Source: Eledone cirrhosa
Taxonomy: Eukaryota
Length of the DNA: 64,000 bases
Assembly (NCBI GenBank): GCA_964016885.1
Contig: OZ024742.1
Coordinates: 96,534,001-96,598,000 of the forward strand
Reading direction: 5' to 3'
Shown: positions 59,073 to 64,000 of the stretch, piece after piece
Numbering within the stretch: position 1 is the first letter of the stretch
Layout: each line of letters begins with the position of its first letter
Translations under genes and position numbers: made by a program
The notes under the pieces: generated by a model
What the model was told of the DNA's origin: nothing
What the model saw: the letters and a program-made list of their open reading frames with translations, nothing else
Databases searched by the model: none

Positions 59073-60049
59073 AGAGAAAAGGTGAAGTTGGAAATAGCAA
59101 AGAAAAAATATTTTAGGGTCTGTTTTTCTTTGTTTTTCTTTCTTTGATTCGTCAAAGAGACATTATTGAAAAAATGAGAGGGACAATTCTTTTAAAAAAA
59201 GAGTTTTATAATATATATAAAGTATTGCCAGTTTCAATGTATTATGAAAATTCATCTTATCAAATGTTGAGTATTACAATTAAAAAGAATTAATAAGAAT
59301 TAAAAACTAAAAATTAAAGATTTAACATTAAGTGCTGAGGTAAGTTTTTTTTTCCATCTTTCTTGCTGAGAAGGAGACTGGAGAATAAGTTCTTGTGCAT
59401 AGAGAGAGAGGTGTGTAGTGATGATAGTAGCATCAGTGTTGGTAGTTGTGTTTCTTCACAGAACTAAATTGTCTTTTGGGAGCAAAGGAAATATTCTGTA
59501 AATATATGTGTGTATATCTGATTGTGTTAATTGACTGGTCAAGAGTTCAAATGTGGATAGGGAGGGGATGGGGAGCAGATGGGGGATTGTAATCTAGAGA
59601 CAAATTCTATGGCAACAGTAGGGTTGTAAAAGAAATTCTATTATGGTTTTAGGGAGTGTGTATATAGTGTGAGGGTGTACACATAAAAATACACACGTGT
59701 GTGTGTGTGGTGGGGGGGGGGGGGGGTTCAACCTGTCTGTCATAGGTCCCTTTATGGTGTATAATTTTAAATCTTTAAATTTTAGTTTTTAATTCTTATC
59801 AATTCTTTTTAATTGTAATACTCAACATTTGATAAGATGAATTTTAATAATACATCAAAACCAGTTATACTCTATATACATTATAAAACTCTTTTTTAAA
59901 AGAATTGTCCCTCTCATTTTTCAATAATATCACTTTGACGAATCAAAGAAAGGAAAACAAAGAAAAACAGACCCTAAAATATATTTTCTGTGCTATTTCC
60001 AACTTCACCTTTTCTCTATATCCACTGTATAGAACCTTACTTCCTTTTT

Positions 60050-60052
<3 letters not shown>
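59073..60052. mobile_element. About 257-bp inverted repeats (59073-59330 / 59762-60018) around a ~430-bp spacer; probable Penelope-derived remnant
   Basis: Arms align as reverse complements with scattered mismatches, both ends lie in (TA)n, and each arm has a decayed hammerhead-like motif. Confidence 0.75.
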
Positions 60053-60139
<87 letters not shown>

Positions 60140-60165
60140 GGGGGAGAGAGAGAGAGGGAGAGAGT
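60052..60165. repeat. (TA)n(GA)n microsatellite
   Basis: Read directly from the sequence. Confidence 0.97.
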
Positions 60166-60279
60166 ATGTAATTCAGTGAATTACTGGTAATGGTACCAAT
60201 ATGAGCACTCAAAGTACAGGTAGAGTACATATATTATGAAAAATGCTGAAATTGCATTTACATGTGTTTAGGTTTGTAG

Positions 60280-60504
60280 GTTTTAATTGTGTGCCGACCT
60301 GTTAGATGTGTTTCACAGAGGATTGGCTCAACGTCACCCATAGAGGTTATGGACCTAACTCCAGTAGCAATCAGCCTTCGGACTGTTGATTCAACACAAA
60401 TTACAGTATTGAAACTCCAGTCTGAAGAGCAGATGGATACTGGATTTGGGTCCATAAACCTTTTTGGTGACCTTGAGCCATTCCTCAGCAAAACATATAT
60501 ACAG
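60280..60504 (+). CDS. Probable internal coding exon (75 codons, phase 0-0) of an unidentified host gene
   Basis: TTTGTAG| acceptor, CAG|GTAAAT donor, 225 bp, stop-free, non-repetitive globular-like peptide VLIVCRPVRCVSQRIGSTSPIEVMDLTPVAISLRTVDSTQITVLKLQSEEQMDTGFGSINLFGDLEPFLSKTYIQ. Confidence 0.6.
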
Positions 60505-61378
60505 GTAAATACGCAATAATGACCAAATGTATGGAAATGAAACTTCATCATTTTTCTTAATAATATATATATAATATATATATCATTAACATCATCATAG
60601 TTTAACACTCGCTTTCCCTGCTAGTGATGGTTGGACAATTTGTCAGCAGACCAGGTTAGTCAATGCATAGGTACTAACCCCACTGTGGGATGAGAGCCAG
60701 TATCTTGCTTACATCAAAATGCACTACCAAGTGTATTTTATTGCAATGCCACCACTATCTAGGTTTTTACATGTTTAAAACTGATGAAGTGTCTGCTAAA
60801 CCCCTTGTTTGACAGCTTTACTACGAGCGGATGCACTTCCTATCACCAACTACTTTACTGAATGTACTGAAAAGAAAAGGCTTATGACAGTAAACAGTGT
60901 GACAATGATCGACTACTAACCGCAAGATAATTAGTTCAAACATCAGCCATTGTCATTTTTTTCAGTACAATGTACTAAGTTGCTCACTATGTTCATCATT
61001 TTTCCATGAATTCTGGCATGCCTTGGATGCGACAATGAGACTTTTTGAGGCAAGATTTTACTGATGCCAATCATTTTTGTTTCCTCTTACAACTTGTAGA
61101 GAGACAGTGTACTTATTCCAAAAACTGGGAAACAGAAGGCATAATATATGGTTAAAATAAATAATCCTGGTTCAACAGCAATTAGTAAGATCACCTAAGA
61201 GAATATATAGAACTTGTACCAACAAATCTAATTAACAAATATTATCTCACTTTTACCATCAATGGTAAATGGATATAAAAACATTAAAAATTATCTCATT
61301 AATAACCTGAATATTACACACATTTATTACGATTAATTATTTTCTTGCACTCAATCAACTGTATATATAAATATATAT

Positions 61379-62005
61379 AATAATAATAATAATAATTGTT
61401 TCTACTTTTGGCACAGGGCCAGCAAATACCCAGTGCATTACTGGTACTTTATTTTATCGACCCCCGTAAGGATGAAAAGCAAAGTTAACCTTGGCGAGAT
61501 TTGAACTCAGATCATAAGGGGTGTAACTCTAAGCTGCAAAGCATAGCGTCCGACCCTCTACCTATACTGCCAAACAATTTCTACTCTGGGCCAAAGTTCA
61601 GCAATTTTGTGAGGAGGGGAAAATCAAGTAAATAGATCCCGGTGCATTACTGCTGCTTTATTTTATCGACCCCATAAGGATGAAAGGCAAAGCTAATCTC
61701 GGCAAGATTCGAACCCAGAATGCAAAGGGCCATAACTCTATGCTGCAAAGCATGGTGTCTGAGGCTCTACCAATACTGCCAATCTGCTGCCCCTTATAAT
61801 AATAATTGTTTCTGCTTTTGGCACACGGCCAGCAATTATCCAATGCATTACTGGTACTTTGTTTTATCGACCCCGTAAGGATGAAAGGCAAAGTTAACCT
61901 CGGCGGGATTTGAACTCAGAATGGCAAGCGGCCGTAACTCTATGTATCAAAGCATGGCGTCCGACCCTCAACCGATACTGCCAATCCGCCGCCTTATAAT
62001 AATAA
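61379..62005 (-). mobile_element. Head-to-tail triplet of tRNA-derived SINEs
   Basis: Three ~200-bp units, each with TTTTATCGACCCC.TAAGGATGAAA.GCAAAG, a reverse B-box ATT(T/C)GAAC and a reverse A-box ACTGCCAA; (AAT)n at junctions. Confidence 0.9.
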
Positions 62006-62267
62006 TGATATGGGGTTCAGTAGATTCATAGTTTACTAAGGTAGGTACCAAAATCAACACTGTATGCTAAGGCCATGTGTATATATTAAAAACAAAGAGA
62101 GGTTTCACATTATCGTCTTTATTGATTATACATAGTTTTGACCATTTCACAGGCAGGTGGCTCAGGATTTATATTAATTCTATAGACCTAACTCCAGCCC
62201 AATCTGCTCATCAGACTTGTTAATCAATCAAAGCCAAAATCTCATCTAACTGTATTCCATACCAGAT

Positions 62268-63815
62268 GATGTGGAAAAAGCCTTTGACAGAGTCCCCTGT
62301 GTTATAATCTGGTGGGCTCTTAGAAAGTTAGGAGTAGATGAATGGCTTGTGAAAGCTGTAAAAGCCATGTATAGGGGAGCAGTCAGCAAAGTTAGGGTTA
62401 TTAATGACTATAGCGAGGAATTTAGCATACAGGTCAGTGTCCACCAGGGCTCTGTTCTTAGCCCTGTCCTGTTCATTATAGTTTTTCAGGCAATAACGGA
62501 GGAGTTTAAGACCTGATGCCTATGGGAACTATTATATGCGGTTGATCTCGCCATTATATATCCATGGTGGAACTAGAGAAGAAATTCCAAACATGGAAGC
62601 AGGGACTAGAAAGAAAGGGTCTCAAAGTCAACCTGAAAAAGACTAAGGTTCTTGTAAGTAGATGAGAAAACAGAACCCAGATTCACTCAGGAAAATGGTC
62701 TTGCTCAGTATGTAGGAAAGGTGTAGGTAGGAACTCCATCCTCTGTCCCATATGCAAACAATGGGTTCACAAGATATGTAGTGGGAACTCAGGAAGTTTA
62801 ACTAAGAATGTAGGTTCATATGTAGCAGCTGCGCTGGGACAGCATACAGCAAATGACCACAGGATACAAGCACCACCAATCTCTGGGAGGGCTCTGTAGA
62901 AACAGTAGACAGCTTCTGCTACCTAGGTGACCGAATTAGCAGCGGAGGTGGGTGTTCGGAAAGTACAATAACTAGGGTAAGAATGGGATGGAAGAAGTTC
63001 AGGGAGCTACTGCCACTGCTAGCTGCAAAAGGCTTTTCCCTCAAAATGAAAGGCAGACTCTATGATGCGTGTATACGAACAGCAATGTTACATGGTAGTG
63101 AAACCTTGGCGCTGTCTGTAGAAGACTTGCGCAGATTAGAAAGAAACGAAGCTTGCATGCTCCGATGGATGTGTAATAGTAATGGACGTGAACAGCAAAG
63201 CATAAACGCATTGAGAGAGAGACTGAGCATAAGAGGAATCAAATGCTGTGTGCAGGAGAGGAGGTTAAGTTGGTATGGACGTGTGATGCGTATGAAGGAT
63301 GAGAGCTGCATAAAAAGGTCCAGAGCACTAGAGGTTGATGGAAGCCGTAGAGTGGGGAGACCCAACATGACCTGGGATGAGGTGATGAAAGCTGACCTTA
63401 TCTAATTGCACCTCTCAGGGGCAATGACACACGACTGTGACCTCTGGCGTCATGCAGTAATACAGAAGACCTGACTTCCCACAGGAACAAGCCGAAGCTG
63501 AAGCATATAGGCAATATGAACCCCCCCCCCCACTGCAAAGTGGTCGTGGAGGTGCCACGTCAAAAAAAATCATCCAGCCCACACTGTAAAGTGGACGTGT
63601 AGGCGCCGCCACGGGAAAAAAGCACCCAGCACTCACTGTAAATGAGGTTGGTGTTAGGAAGCGCATCCAGCTGTAGAAATCAAGCCAGAATCAGTTCCTG
63701 TTTGAGCAAGACAAGGTCAGCCGACTGGACACTGCCCACAACAGGACAACCCGTCTAACCCATGCTAGAGTTGAAGAGCGAATGTAAAACAGTAATGATG
63801 ATGATGATGATGATG
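62268..63815 (+). mobile_element. 5'-truncated, inactivated RTE LINE (RT, PHD finger, 3' UTR, (GAT)n tail)
   Basis: EKAFDRVP, VHQGSVLSP.LF, YAVD (mutated YADD at 62535-46), GLKVNLKKTKV, FCYLG, MLHGSET, GRPNMTWDEV; stop at 62514-16 and frameshifts. Confidence 0.95.
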
Positions 63816-63906
63816 TACACACATCACCAATTATTGGTAATTGACCGATTAGCATGCACACGATGAGACACTCACCGAACCATGCATGCACTCACACACA
63901 AATAAA

Positions 63907-63911
<5 letters not shown>

Positions 63912-63977
<66 letters not shown>
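63912..63977. repeat. (TA)n microsatellite
   Basis: Read directly from the sequence. Confidence 0.97.
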
Positions 63978-63982
<5 letters not shown>

Positions 63983-64000
63983 GGTGATGATGATGATAAT

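Noticed and set aside
58773-59116. HTHT/CVCV ORFs and a possible Penelope endonuclease tail at 58.77-58.92 kb
   Set aside because: The ORFs derive from (CA)n, and the endonuclease resemblance is too weak to call.
60258-60608. 116-aa minus-strand ORF
   Set aside because: Antisense shadow of the + strand exon candidate, which has the better splice signals.

Overview
Eukaryotic genomic DNA. The repeat landscape (dense TA/CA/CAT microsatellites, RTE LINEs, tRNA-SINEs, Penelope elements) resembles an octopod cephalopod, but that is inference only. The first 37.4 kb is one uninterrupted tandem array of a 33-bp unit (CCAACAACATCACCACCAACTACTGTGACACTA, about 1,135 copies, running off the left edge). 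It reads as a mucin-like PTTSPPTTVTL protein of >12,400 aa broken by only two -1 frameshifts, both at homologous sites. Two other frames are also open and the variants look roughly neutral, so a giant mucin exon versus a non-coding macro-minisatellite is unresolved. The array shows nested kb-scale duplications (1383, 2406, 2640, 2703, 6363, 6623 bp). The remaining 26.5 kb is AT-rich and intron-like. It holds a young 5'-truncated Penelope-like retroelement (RT + GIY-YIG, one in-frame TGA) with inverted pseudo-LTRs carrying a U3-A8 variant hammerhead ribozyme, and three more decayed hammerhead-bearing, TA-anchored remnants. It also holds RTE LINE copies with a PHD finger, CRE, Vingi/Ingi-like and Tigger fragments, many SINEs, and one probable 225-bp host exon.
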